Source: Candidatus Falkowbacteria bacterium
Lineage (GTDB): Bacteria; Patescibacteriota; Patescibacteriia; XYB2-FULL-38-15
Direction of reading: 5' to 3'
DNA: 48,271 bases
Assembly (NCBI GenBank): GCA_016214745.1
Contig: JACRNW010000002.1
Span: forward strand, 1 to 48,271
This document shows, one piece after another, positions 17,813 to 27,353 of the stretch. Within the stretch, counting starts at the first letter, position 1. The number at the start of each line of letters is the position of its first letter. The position numbers and the translations under genes were made by a program. The notes below the pieces were generated by a model. It did not search any database. It saw only the letters and a list, made by a program, of their open reading frames with translations, and was not told where the DNA came from.

Positions 17813-18949
17813 ATGAACAAAAAATTCTTCCATGCCATCGCCATGATGGTCGGCATGATTGTCGGAGTAGGAATTTTTGGCGTGCCTTACGCCGTGGAAA
17901 AGGTCGGTTTTGCCCTCGGCGCCACCTACATTTTTATTTTAGGCATGCTTCTTTTGCTTGTGCATATTCTTTACGGCGAAGTCGCGCTCCGAACCGAAGG
18001 AAAACATCGGTTGGTCGGCTACGCGGAAATATATCTCGGGAGCAAGGGTAAGATGGTGGCGGCCTTGGCCCAGATTTTTTCTTTTTACGGCGCGTTGATT
18101 GCCTACATCGTAATCGGCGGGCAATTTTTACACATGTTTTTGGCGCCGATTTTGGGCGGAACAGTTTTGATGTACCAGCTTGGATTTTTTATTTTTATGT
18201 CGCTTTTTGTCGGTGCCGGATTGAAACTTGTGGCCTCAATTGAATTTGCCATGACGATTTTTCTTTTGGCAATTGTGGGAATTATTTTGGTTTTTGGTTT
18301 ACCTTATGTTTGGTATCCAAATCTTTACGTGATGAACTTGAAAGAAATATTTTTTCCTTACGGCGTAATTCTTTTTGCTTTGGGCGGCGCGGCGGCCGTG
18401 CCGGAGATTCGCGATCTTTTGCGCGGTCAGGAGAAAAAAATGAAAAAGGCGATCATCTGGGGAACGGCGATTCCGCTCGCCATCACAATTCTTTTTTCTT
18501 TTGTGGTGATTGGCGTCTCCGGAGAAAATACCAGCGTCGAGGCGATCAGCGGTTTGATTGGCCCCCTCGGAAATAATATTGTTATCTTGGGCGCCATTTT
18601 TGGATTTTTGGCGATTGCCACCTCTTTTCTGGTTTTGGGACTTAACCTGAAAGAGATTTTTAAATTTGATTATAAAATTAATGGCTGGTTATCATGGCTT
18701 TTGGTTTGCGCCATTCCGTTTATAATTTTTCTTTTGGCCAAACCGGCGTTTATTTCGGTCATCGGTTTTACCGGCGCAGTGCTCGGCGGAACTGAAGGAC
18801 TTTTAATAATTTTGATCTGGCTCAAAGCAGAGCGAGAAGGAAAGAGAACGCCGGAATATAAAGTAAAAATTTCCGAGTGGGTTTTAAGTTTGGTGGCTTT
18901 TGTGTTTATTTTAGGAATGATTTATAGAATTATTTATCCCGAGGCGTAG
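17813..18949 (+). CDS. Aromatic amino acid / HAAAP-family permease
   Basis: GMIVGVGIFGVPY; about 11 TM helices; AIATSFL. Confidence 0.85.
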   Translation: MNKKFFHAIAMMVGMIVGVGIFGVPYAVEKVGFALGATYIFILGMLLLLVHILYGEVALRTEGKHRLVGYAEIYLGSKGKMVAALAQIFSFYGALIAYIVIGGQFLHMFLAPILGGTVLMYQLGFFIFMSLFVGAGLKLVASIEFAMTIFLLAIVGIILVFGLPYVWYPNLYVMNLKEIFFPYGVILFALGGAAAVPEIRDLLRGQEKKMKKAIIWGTAIPLAITILFSFVVIGVSGENTSVEAISGLIGPLGNNIVILGAIFGFLAIATSFLVLGLNLKEIFKFDYKINGWLSWLLVCAIPFIIFLLAKPAFISVIGFTGAVLGGTEGLLIILIWLKAEREGKRTPEYKVKISEWVLSLVAFVFILGMIYRIIYPEA

Positions 18950-19009
18950 AATTTTTTATAGAGATCGAAAAACACGGCTGAGTCTGGCCGCGTTTTGTTT
19001 TTAGAAAAA

Positions 19010-19831
19010 TTATTTGGCGAGGTTTAGGACATTTCGCAGAAGCTCGGCCACGGTCATTGGGCCGACGCCTCCGGGGACGGGAGTAATAAAACAGGCTTTC
19101 GTGGCTGCTGATTCAAAATCAATATCGCCAACTGTTGTTCCGTCGTCCATTCGCGTCGTTCCGACATCAATTAAAATCGCGCCGGGTTTTATGGCGTCAG
19201 CCGTAATAATTTTTGCTCGGCCAAGAGCCGTGATCACGATATCGGCGTCGGAGATTTCAGTGGTTAAGGTTTCCGGGGCGATGATGGTTTTGATATCATT
19301 GCCTGTTAGAATTTTTTCTAACGGTTTTGCTAAAATTTCGCTATTTGCCAAGATGGCGATTTTTTTATTTACGAGTTCCGTGCCAGTGGACTCAATTAAT
19401 TTCAAAATTCCCGAGATGACCGGCGGGATATTTTCCGGTTCGCCCGCGAGAATTTTTTTAATATTTTCCGGGTGAAATCCGTCGGCGTCTTTTTTTGGAT
19501 CAATCGCGGCAACGATTTTATTTTCGTCATAACCCTGGGGTAGGGGAAGCTGGACAACAATTCCGTGGATATCCGGCCGCTCGTTCAATTCTTGAATTTT
19601 CGCGATAATTTTTTCTTCCGGTTCCGTGGCAAAAAATAAATATTTTTCAAAATGAATTCCAACTTCGGCGGCGGCTTTTTCTTTTAAGCCAACATAGAGA
19701 TGCGAGGCCGGATCAGCGCCAACTAAAATCACGGCCAAGCCGGGAGCGATTCCCAGTTCAGTAATTTCTTTTTTTATTTCCGCGCGGATTTCCGCGGCGA
19801 TTTTTTTGCCATCGATGATTTGTATGGACAT
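19010..19831 (-). CDS. folD: Bifunctional methylene-THF dehydrogenase/cyclohydrolase
   Basis: IIDGK, LAVILVG, GIVVQLPLP, KDADGFHP, TPVPGGVGPMTV. Confidence 0.96.
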   Translation of the reverse strand: MSIQIIDGKKIAAEIRAEIKKEITELGIAPGLAVILVGADPASHLYVGLKEKAAAEVGIHFEKYLFFATEPEEKIIAKIQELNERPDIHGIVVQLPLPQGYDENKIVAAIDPKKDADGFHPENIKKILAGEPENIPPVISGILKLIESTGTELVNKKIAILANSEILAKPLEKILTGNDIKTIIAPETLTTEISDADIVITALGRAKIITADAIKPGAILIDVGTTRMDDGTTVGDIDFESAATKACFITPVPGGVGPMTVAELLRNVLNLAK

Positions 19832-19880
19832 TGATTTTTTTCTTTGGGAGTATTAGAATTGGGATTAGAAGGAGGGTACG

Positions 19881-20135
19881 ATGAAGAAGTTTGTTATGAA
19901 GATGAAGAACGTCTTTTGGGCCGGCGCTGGGTTGCTGATACTGCTTCTCGTCGTTTACGTTGTTGCGGGGGAGGCCTATCACTTCTTCGCAAGGCCGTGG
20001 AACCTCGACGACTGGGTGTTGGCGGTTTCGGTGGTGGTCACTCTGGCGTTGTTCGGTCCGCTCGTGATTCACGAGGAGATTCTGCGGAGGAGAATTGCGA
20101 GGAGATCGTCGCAAGCTCAAGCTGGTGGCAATTGA
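19881..20135 (+). CDS. Small two-TM ORFan, antisense between glyA and folD
   Basis: AAGGAGG SD, two hydrophobic helices, GC-rich codons. Confidence 0.7.
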   Translation: MKKFVMKMKNVFWAGAGLLILLLVVYVVAGEAYHFFARPWNLDDWVLAVSVVVTLALFGPLVIHEEILRRRIARRSSQAQAGGN

Positions 20136-20144
20136 TTCTTGTCC

Positions 20145-21425
20145 CTACAACACCGAGAATCCCTGGTAGATAGGAAACTTCGTCACAAGTTCGCGAACAC
20201 TTTCGCGGACTTCTTTTTTTATATTTTCGTCGGCAATATTTTTTACAATTTTTACAATCATTTCGCCAACCAATTTCATTTCATTTTCTTTCATGCCGCG
20301 GGTGGTTAAGGCCGGAGTTCCGAGCCGAATGCCGGACGGATCGGTTGGTTTTCTGGTGTCATACGGAATCATGTTTTTGTTGACATAGATTTCCACTTCT
20401 CCCAGCGCGTCCTCAACTTGTTTTCCGGCGAGGCCGGTATCGGTCAGGTCAATCAAAATCAAATGATTATCCGTGCCGCCGGAAACTAATTTTAATCCGC
20501 CGGCCAATAGTGTTTCGGCCAGAACTTTAGCATTTTTTACGATTTGTTTTTGATATTCAATAAAATCGGGTTGCAGCGCTTCGAGCATTGCCACGGCTTT
20601 GGCGGCGATTACGTGTTCAAGCGGGCCGCCCTGCATTCCCGGAAAAACGGCCGAATCAATTTTTTGCGCCAGATTTTTTTTATCTTCCGGCCGCAGGCGG
20701 TCGGCAATTTTTGATAAGATTAAAGCGCCGCGCGGACCACGCAAAGTTTTGTGAGTTGTAGTTGTGACAACGTCGCAAACCGGAACCGGGTCAGAATGAA
20801 TTTTTGCGGCGACGAGTCCCGCGATATGGGCAATATCGGCCATTAAATACGCGCCGACTTCGTCCGCAATTTTCCGGAAAGCGGCAAAATCAATTTCTCT
20901 GGGGTAAGCCGAAGCGCCAGTCAAAATCAGGCGCGGTTTTTCGCGGAGTGCGATTTCCCGGACATCATCCATATCAATCCGTCCGGTGTCTTTACTCACG
21001 CCGTAAAAAACAACATTGTAAAATTTTCCGGAAAAATTTACCGGCGCGCCGTGCGAGAGATGGCCGCCGTGCGCCAGATTCATTGCCAGAATTTTATCGC
21101 TGGGATTTAAAAGTGCAAAATATGCCGCGGCATTGGCTTGGCTGCCGGAATGAGGCTGGACATTAGCATGTTCAGCGCCGAAGATTTTTTTTGCGCGGTC
21201 AATCGCCAGATTTTCCGAAACATCAATAAATTGGTTTCCACCATAATAACGTTTGCCCGGATAGCCTTCGGAATATTTATTGGTGAGCGGCGTGCCCATT
21301 GCTTCAAGCACGGCGCGGGAAACGATATTTTCCGAGGCGATCATTTCCAAACCAGACCGCTGGCGGTTAATTTCATTTTCAATTGCATCCGCGATTTCTG
21401 GATCAAATTTTGATAAAAAAGACAT
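20145..21425 (-). CDS. glyA: Serine hydroxymethyltransferase
   Basis: [41 protein letters not shown]. Confidence 0.98.
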   Translation of the reverse strand: MSFLSKFDPEIADAIENEINRQRSGLEMIASENIVSRAVLEAMGTPLTNKYSEGYPGKRYYGGNQFIDVSENLAIDRAKKIFGAEHANVQPHSGSQANAAAYFALLNPSDKILAMNLAHGGHLSHGAPVNFSGKFYNVVFYGVSKDTGRIDMDDVREIALREKPRLILTGASAYPREIDFAAFRKIADEVGAYLMADIAHIAGLVAAKIHSDPVPVCDVVTTTTHKTLRGPRGALILSKIADRLRPEDKKNLAQKIDSAVFPGMQGGPLEHVIAAKAVAMLEALQPDFIEYQKQIVKNAKVLAETLLAGGLKLVSGGTDNHLILIDLTDTGLAGKQVEDALGEVEIYVNKNMIPYDTRKPTDPSGIRLGTPALTTRGMKENEMKLVGEMIVKIVKNIADENIKKEVRESVRELVTKFPIYQGFSVL

Positions 21426-21439
21426 AGGTATTTAGAGAT

Positions 21440-21787
21440 TGTCATGCCCGACCTGATCGGGCATCCAGTCAAATTAAATTTTTATATAAATCTTCCCATT
21501 CGGGATTAATTTTTTCAATTAGTGCAAGTTTCCACTTTCTATTCCATTTTTGAGTTGTTTTTCTCTTTGAATAGCATTTACAACATTGGGTGTTTCCTCG
21601 TAATACACCAATTGGTGTACGTTATACTTTTTGGTAAATCCATCTGCTAAATTATGTTTGTGCTCATAAACTCTGTGGACTAAATTATTTGTTACTCCAA
21701 TGTATAGTGTACCATTTCGTCCGCTTGTCATTATATAAACATAATAATTTTTCATAAAACTGGATTCCCGCTTTCGCGGGAACGACA
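21440..21787. mobile_element. GIY-YIG gene bracketed by inverted GTC-tagged REP-like palindromes
   Basis: Left tgtcatgcccgacctgatcgggcatccagt; right actggattcccgctttcgcgggaacgaca. Confidence 0.7.
21469..21755 (-). pseudogene. GIY-YIG nuclease with a 1-nt frameshift
   Basis: YYVYIM...LYIGVTNNL..R..EH; the conserved tail KWNRKWKLALIEKINPEWEDLY lies in another frame after an A5 run (T run at 21547-21551). Confidence 0.85.
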
Positions 21788-21880
21788 AGGATGGGTGTTT
21801 TTATTTTACATCTCTCCTTGACAAAAAGCAAAAAATGTTAGACAATATTATGTTCGTCGGATTAGGATGGGAGGATGATG

Positions 21881-22087
21881 ATGGTGGCAGAACAACACGC
21901 GGGGAACGAGGTAGTTTTTTGGGGGATTCTGTTTCTGATCGTCGGCGTGGCAGTGATCGGCGCCGTGGCGGGGGACAACGATTACTTCAGGATTCCGTTG
22001 CGCGCCTGGGACCTTTCCGAGCAGGTTTCGCTCGCTCTCGGAATAGTCGCTCTTCTCGTCGGCACTTGCCTTGTCGTTTTTACCTAA
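21881..22087 (+). CDS. Small two-TM ORFan
   Basis: GGAGG SD; two hydrophobic helices; GC-rich. Confidence 0.65.
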   Translation: MVAEQHAGNEVVFWGILFLIVGVAVIGAVAGDNDYFRIPLRAWDLSEQVSLALGIVALLVGTCLVVFT

Positions 22088-22099
22088 TGAGGTGGTGAG

Positions 22100-22435
22100 A
22101 TGAAAAGGCTTGTTGCGGTTGTTTTGGCTGCGTTAATCGGTTGCGGCGGACAAGCTGTCCAGTCTCCGGTCGACATCGAAGTAGTAGAAGCTTTGTACGT
22201 AGAACTGTCTCTCACGCGCATCGGCGTGGCCCTCTGTTTGACGTCGCGATCGGTTGAATGGAGTGTCGCCATTGATCCTGCGCGAAGCGACGTGCGCCGT
22301 CTTCGAGACGAGTACGGCGTCTACTATGAAAGCGATCGGACCGGCGCGTACTGCGGCCCGGTCTGCCAAGAGATGCAGAATTTTTTGGCGGAGGCCAATC
22401 AAGCAGGATTAATTTCCTGCGAGGAGAAGGAGTGA
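22100..22435 (+). CDS. Small lipoprotein ORFan
   Basis: MKRLVAVVLAALIGC lipobox; GAGGTG SD. Confidence 0.75.
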   Translation: MKRLVAVVLAALIGCGGQAVQSPVDIEVVEALYVELSLTRIGVALCLTSRSVEWSVAIDPARSDVRRLRDEYGVYYESDRTGAYCGPVCQEMQNFLAEANQAGLISCEEKE

Positions 22436-22440
22436 AGGAT

Positions 22441-22499
22441 AACTCTTGTGATGCCGGTTGTGCTCAGAGCATAATCGTGTCGCAGGAGTTTTTTTATTT
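22441..22499 (+). terminator. Long hairpin terminator
   Basis: aactcttgtgatg ... tgtcgcaggagtt followed by a T tract. Confidence 0.6.
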
Positions 22500-22528
22500 C
22501 AAAAACCCGGCGGGGGAGGCGGGTTTGT

Positions 22529-24097
22529 TTAGAAATTTTTTACCATGTATGTTCCGTCGGGATGATAGCCGATTTTTTTATAATATTCCCGGACGCCGAC
22601 ACCGGAAATAACAGCCACTTTTTTGACGCCGGATTTTCGCGCAATTTTTTCCGCCTCGGCCATTAATTTTTTTCCAAGACCAAGATGCTGTGTCGCGTCG
22701 GGAGATTTTTGATCAATTGGCACGAGATGTCCATAAGTATGAAGTTCGCGAATCAGGGCTGCGTCTTCTAATTCCGGCAAGATAGTTGGCGTTTTAAAAT
22801 TAGGAATTCTCAAACGAACAAAAGCGTAGAGGATTTTTTTGTCCGGTGATTCAAAACTGATAAAATATTCCATGCCGCCGGACGCGGCGTATTTTTTTGT
22901 AAATAATTTTGGGACAGCATTTCTGATTTTTTTTTGATGCCCGACCTCGCGGCATCTGATACATTTACATTGTAGACCCCGTCGCGTCATTTCGGCGGTA
23001 ATGACTTCCCGCAGATTGGAAACTTTATTTCCCGCCGCAATACTCGGGCTCGGAATGTCGCGGATCAGACGATTGACGCGGACGTAAGGCGGAATTATTT
23101 TTTTAATATTGATGAGTAATGCTACGAGTTGTTTTTCCGAATACGGTTTGTATTTTCCTTGTTTCCACCATTTGTAAATTTCCGAACCGTGCGTCACGAC
23201 ACAAGGATAAATTTTAATCATATCCGGCTGGAAGTTGGGATTCCTAAATACTTCGCGGAACATCTTTAAATCCTTGGCCGGAGTGGAGCCGGGGAGGTTT
23301 GGCATCAAGTGGTAGCAAATTTTAAATCCAGCGTTTTTTAAAAGTTTTGTGGCACGGATGGTTTCGGAAATATTGTGTCCGCGGCGGTTTCGCTGTAAGA
23401 TAGAATTGTAAATACTTTGCACGCCGAGCTCCACTCTTGTGGCACCGAGTTCTCGCATTTGTTTAATTTCTTCGGGCGTAATATAATCTGGCCGAGTTTC
23501 AAGAGTGATGCCAATAATTCTGTGCTTGGCGGTTTCATTTGTTTTTTGCGCTGCAGCCAAGTTTTTACTTTTTCTGCCGTTCGCACCGTCAAAACATCTT
23601 TGGATAAACCATTTTTGATATTTGTCCGGAAGAGCCGACCAAGTTCCACCGATCACAATCAGTTCCAGCTTGTCGGTTGGATGGCCGTTCATTTCCAAAA
23701 CTTTAATTCTTCCGACGACTTGTTTTTGGGGATCAAAATGAAAAGCTACGGCCCGCATCACGGCCGGTTCGTTGGACAAATAACTTTTTGGCATATTTTT
23801 TTCCGTCGGACAATAAGCGCAGCGTCCCGGGCAAGGATAGAATTTTGTTAAAACGGCAATTGGCGCCACGCCGGAAATTGTCCGCACTTCGCGTTTTTTG
23901 AGGAGCGCCTCCAACCGTTCATCGCGTTTGATTTTTTTCTGCCGCAAGAGTTTTTTATAAATTTTAAAAATATCGGCGGAGAGGGGCGAGGCCATTTTAA
24001 ACTCGCCGGCGGTCTGGCGTTTAATCTGCGCCAAATCAGTGCGGCTTTGGGGCCGGGATTTGATAATTTTTCTGGAGATGGTTTCTAAAGTATTCAT
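22529..24097 (-). CDS. elp3: Elp3-family radical SAM / GNAT tRNA uridine(34) carboxymethyltransferase
   Basis: VRTISGVAPIAV, CPGRCAYCP, GGTW, ETRPD, RVELGVQS, KIYPC, CKCIRCREV, RELHTYG, QHLGLG, SGVGVREYY. Confidence 0.95.
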   Translation of the reverse strand: MNTLETISRKIIKSRPQSRTDLAQIKRQTAGEFKMASPLSADIFKIYKKLLRQKKIKRDERLEALLKKREVRTISGVAPIAVLTKFYPCPGRCAYCPTEKNMPKSYLSNEPAVMRAVAFHFDPQKQVVGRIKVLEMNGHPTDKLELIVIGGTWSALPDKYQKWFIQRCFDGANGRKSKNLAAAQKTNETAKHRIIGITLETRPDYITPEEIKQMRELGATRVELGVQSIYNSILQRNRRGHNISETIRATKLLKNAGFKICYHLMPNLPGSTPAKDLKMFREVFRNPNFQPDMIKIYPCVVTHGSEIYKWWKQGKYKPYSEKQLVALLINIKKIIPPYVRVNRLIRDIPSPSIAAGNKVSNLREVITAEMTRRGLQCKCIRCREVGHQKKIRNAVPKLFTKKYAASGGMEYFISFESPDKKILYAFVRLRIPNFKTPTILPELEDAALIRELHTYGHLVPIDQKSPDATQHLGLGKKLMAEAEKIARKSGVKKVAVISGVGVREYYKKIGYHPDGTYMVKNF

Positions 24098-24100
24098 TTT

Positions 24101-24832
24101 ATGAAAGATGAAGTCGCGAAAAAAATATTGGATAAAATTAAGGCCGATTACGCGGTAATCGCGCCCCAGTTTTCGGCAAAAAGACAAAAATTTTGGAATG
24201 AGATGCGCGATTTTGCCGAAAGTTTGGGGCCGGGCGACCGCGTGCTTGATTTGGGATGCGGCAACGGAAGATTGTACGAGGTTTTGAAAGAAAAGTCAAT
24301 TGACTACACGGGCGTTGATAATTCGCCGGAACTTTTGGATTTTGCCAAAAAGAGGTGGGGCAAAAATGAATCTCGGCGATTTTTGCTGGGCGACGCGACG
24401 AATTTGGATTGGTGGAAAGGGGAGAAATACAGTGTGGTTTTTTTGATTGCCACCCTGCATCACATTCCGTCGGAAAATTTGCGGAAAAAAGTTTTGGAAA
24501 ATGTCAGCCAGGTTCTTTCGCCAAACGGATTTTTGATTATGACCAACTGGGCGCTTTTCAGGAAAAAATATCTGATACTTGTCGTGAAAAATATAATTTT
24601 AAAATTATCCGGCCGGAGCGATTTGGATTTTGGCGACGCCGTGGTTCCCTGGAAGAGTTCCGAAACCGGCAAGGTTATGGCCGAGCGTTATGTTCATGCT
24701 TTTACTTTACGGGAATTGAAGCGTCTCGTCAAAGAATCGGGATTTGAAATTTTGGAAAATTTTTATTCCATTGACGACCGCAAAGCGCATTTTTGGAATG
24801 GGAAGAATATTGTCACAATCGCGAAAAAGTGA
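24101..24832 (+). CDS. Class I SAM methyltransferase, Trm9/ALKBH8-like
   Basis: Y..IAPQFS..R...W, LDLGCGNG, IATLHH, NWA, D..VPW, RYVH.F...EL. Confidence 0.85.
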   Translation: MKDEVAKKILDKIKADYAVIAPQFSAKRQKFWNEMRDFAESLGPGDRVLDLGCGNGRLYEVLKEKSIDYTGVDNSPELLDFAKKRWGKNESRRFLLGDATNLDWWKGEKYSVVFLIATLHHIPSENLRKKVLENVSQVLSPNGFLIMTNWALFRKKYLILVVKNIILKLSGRSDLDFGDAVVPWKSSETGKVMAERYVHAFTLRELKRLVKESGFEILENFYSIDDRKAHFWNGKNIVTIAKK

Positions 24833-24837
24833 TAAAG

Positions 24838-24915
24838 TGCGATACAAATCTACGAATGCATACGAATAATACGAATTATTCGTTTCATTCGCATTAATTC
24901 GTATATTAGTATCGT
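24838..24915. repeat. Degenerate TACGAAT units followed by inverted ATTCGT units
   Basis: tacgaatgcatacgaataatacgaattattcgtttcattcgcattaattcgta. Confidence 0.6.
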
Positions 24916-24921
24916 GTTATT

Positions 24922-26313
24922 ATGGATTTAAAGACAGCGAGAAAAATTTACATGATTGGTATAAAGGGCGTTGGCATGACAGCCATTGCCCAGGTTTTAA
25001 AATTGCGCGGCAAGGAAGTTACGGGCTCCGATACGCACGAGAAATTTTTTACCGATGAAGTTCTGGCAAAAAGCGGAATAAAATTTTATGAGGGATTTGA
25101 GGCGGCCAATTTAGAAAAAGAAAAACCGGACTTGGTAATTTATTCCACGGCTTATACTGAAGAAAATCCGGAACTGGCGGCGGCGCGGAAAAGTGGTTTG
25201 CCAATTTTAAGTTATCCCGAAGTGCTTGGGCAAATTTTAAAAGAAGGTTTTGGTATCGCGGTTTGCGGAACGCACGGGAAAACCACCACGTCGGCGATGT
25301 TAGGATTTGTTTTGCAAGAACTTGGCGCGGATCCGACCGTGATTGTCGGTTCAGCCGTGCCGCAGCTTGGCGGCAATGCGCGGGTAGGAAAAGGGGAGTA
25401 TGTTGTGATTGAGGCGGACGAGTATCAAAATAAATTTTTGTATTTTAAACCGCGGGCAGTGGTTTTAACGAGCGCGGAATATGATCATCCTGATTTTTTC
25501 AAAACCGAAGCAGATTATTTTGATGCCTTCAGAAAATTTGTGGCAAAAATTCCGGCGGAAGGATTTTTGGTCGCGTGCGCTGACGATAAAAATGTGAAAG
25601 AAATTTCAGCCTCGGTGTCGTGCAAAATTATTTTCTACGGTTTGACAGTCGGCGATTGGCAGGCGAAAAAGATTGTTCAGAAAAATGGCGGCATGGAGTT
25701 TGAAGTTTTTGGAAAAGACAAGTCGCAAGGAATTTTTAAAATCAAGTTGCTCGGTAATCATAATGTGGCCAATGCCCTGGCAGTGATCGCCACGGCAGCG
25801 GAATTAGGATATGGCCCTTCGACAAGCTCAGAGAATAAATTGCGCGGGGCGTTAGAAAATTTTTCCGGCGCGGTGCGGCGGTTTGAAATAAAAGGCGAAG
25901 TGGCTGGCGTTATTGTGGTTGACGATTACGGCCATCATCCGACTGAAATCAAGGTGACGCTCGAGGCGGCGCGGCAAAAATATCCGGATCGGCGGATTTG
26001 GTGTGTTTTCCATCCGCACACTTTTACAAGAACTAAGGCGTTGCTTTCTGACTTTTCAAAATCATTCGGCGCGGCTGATAAAACAATTGTCATTGATATT
26101 TACGGTTCGGCAAGGGAGGTTGCTGGCGGAGTGAGTTCAGAAGATCTCGTGGAATTAATAAAAAAAGAGGGCAAAGATGCTCTCTATATTCCGACTATTC
26201 TCGAAGCCGCGGAGTTTTTGGCGAAAGAAGTTAAAAGCGGCGACGTTGTGATTACCATGGGCGCAGGCGATGTCTGGCGGATCGGAGAATTATTGTTGGA
26301 AAAGTTGAAATAA
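24922..26313 (+). CDS. murC: UDP-N-acetylmuramate--L-alanine ligase
   Basis: IGIKGVGM, GTHGKTTT, EADEY, DHPD, RRFE, DDYGHHPTEI, FHPHTFTRT, MGAGD. Confidence 0.96.
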   Translation: MDLKTARKIYMIGIKGVGMTAIAQVLKLRGKEVTGSDTHEKFFTDEVLAKSGIKFYEGFEAANLEKEKPDLVIYSTAYTEENPELAAARKSGLPILSYPEVLGQILKEGFGIAVCGTHGKTTTSAMLGFVLQELGADPTVIVGSAVPQLGGNARVGKGEYVVIEADEYQNKFLYFKPRAVVLTSAEYDHPDFFKTEADYFDAFRKFVAKIPAEGFLVACADDKNVKEISASVSCKIIFYGLTVGDWQAKKIVQKNGGMEFEVFGKDKSQGIFKIKLLGNHNVANALAVIATAAELGYGPSTSSENKLRGALENFSGAVRRFEIKGEVAGVIVVDDYGHHPTEIKVTLEAARQKYPDRRIWCVFHPHTFTRTKALLSDFSKSFGAADKTIVIDIYGSAREVAGGVSSEDLVELIKKEGKDALYIPTILEAAEFLAKEVKSGDVVITMGAGDVWRIGELLLEKLK

Positions 26314-26316
26314 ATT

Positions 26317-26355
26317 TCTCCCCTTAAGGTAAGGGGAGATCAAGAGGGGTTATGA
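26317..26355. repeat. Palindromic repeat of the DUF559-flanking family
   Basis: tctccccttaaggtaaggggagatcaagaggggttatga resembles 8765-8800. Confidence 0.75.
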
Positions 26356-26376
26356 GCGGTGGATTTAGTGGCACGG

Positions 26377-26454
26377 TTCATAACGCCCCCGCCCGCCACG
26401 CAAGCCAGCCCCGCCTGCAACGCTATGCTTGCATTAGCGGGCAGGTTGCTGGCG
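26377..26454. repeat. 78-bp direct repeat, copy 1 (nested palindromes)
   Basis: Identical to 27905-27982. Confidence 0.9.
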
Positions 26455-27204
26455 CGTTTTGCCGCGGTGTGGTGAATCCTGGACGTAGGTCGGCAAACAA
26501 ATACCGGAAATTTTTTTGCGCAATTGGCGCATTATTTTTTTACCTTTTTTTATCGGAACCCAATATTTTTTTGTCCCGCGCGCCGGGTCGCATTGATGCA
26601 GATAATATGGTTTGATGGCAAGATCGACAAGACTATAAAACAATTTCTTTAGGGTGTCTACGTCGTCGTTTATGCCGCGGAGCAAAACCGATTGAGAGAG
26701 AAGGGGAATACCGGCTGTCGTGAAAATTGCGACAGCTTTTTTAAATTGTGGCGTAATTTCTTTTGGATGATTAATATGAATTATAATCCAAAGCGGCGTG
26801 GCGCGACGAAGTATGGCCGCCATTTTTTTTGTGATGCGCGATGGAAGTGTAACTGGAATCCGAGTGTGGACGCGCAGAAGTTTAATATGCGGAATGGCGG
26901 ACAGGCGTTTCAAAATGTCCGATAAAATTTTTGGAGGCAGGAAAAGTGGATCGCCGCCGGACAAAATCACCTCGCGGATGGTTTTGTCTTTTTTAATATA
27001 ATCAATCGCGGCAGCCATTTCATCTTTGCTAAGTTTGCCGTTTTTTCCGTTCACCATATTTTTTCTAAAACAAAAATCGCAGCGCGAAGGACAAGTGTAA
27101 GTCGGACAGAAAATCACCCGGTCGGAATATTTTTTGATAATTCCCCGAACTGGCGAATATTTTTTCTCGGCCAACGGATCATCAGATTCTATTTTATATT
27201 TCAT
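26434..27204 (-). CDS. KamA/EpmB-family radical SAM protein (short form)
   Basis: EDDPL-like start, KYSDRV, CPSRCDFCFRK, LSGGDPL, HINHP.E, QSVLLRGIND, PYYLHQCD. Confidence 0.9.
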   Translation of the reverse strand: MKYKIESDDPLAEKKYSPVRGIIKKYSDRVIFCPTYTCPSRCDFCFRKNMVNGKNGKLSKDEMAAAIDYIKKDKTIREVILSGGDPLFLPPKILSDILKRLSAIPHIKLLRVHTRIPVTLPSRITKKMAAILRRATPLWIIIHINHPKEITPQFKKAVAIFTTAGIPLLSQSVLLRGINDDVDTLKKLFYSLVDLAIKPYYLHQCDPARGTKKYWVPIKKGKKIMRQLRKKISGICLPTYVQDSPHRGKTRQQPAR

Positions 27205-27253
27205 AATATTTAAAGTTTATAGAAGATTCCTTTTAAAGACAAGTACTGTCCCA

Positions 27254-27282
27254 TTGACAAAATTGTCAGAATATAATATCAT
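27254..27282 (+). promoter_or_regulatory. Sigma70 promoter
   Basis: TTGACA-17 bp-TATCAT; tgacaa-aa-ttgtca palindrome over the -35. Confidence 0.6.
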
Positions 27283-27353
27283 AAAGTGTTGGCAAATGCT
27301 TGTCGGCCGCATGGTGCGCTGGCGGGTATGAATCACGAGAGGAGGGAAAATAG

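Noticed and set aside
24098-24187. Extended elp3 N-terminus from the ORF track
   Set aside because: It overlaps the methyltransferase on the other strand; ATG at 24097 is more plausible.
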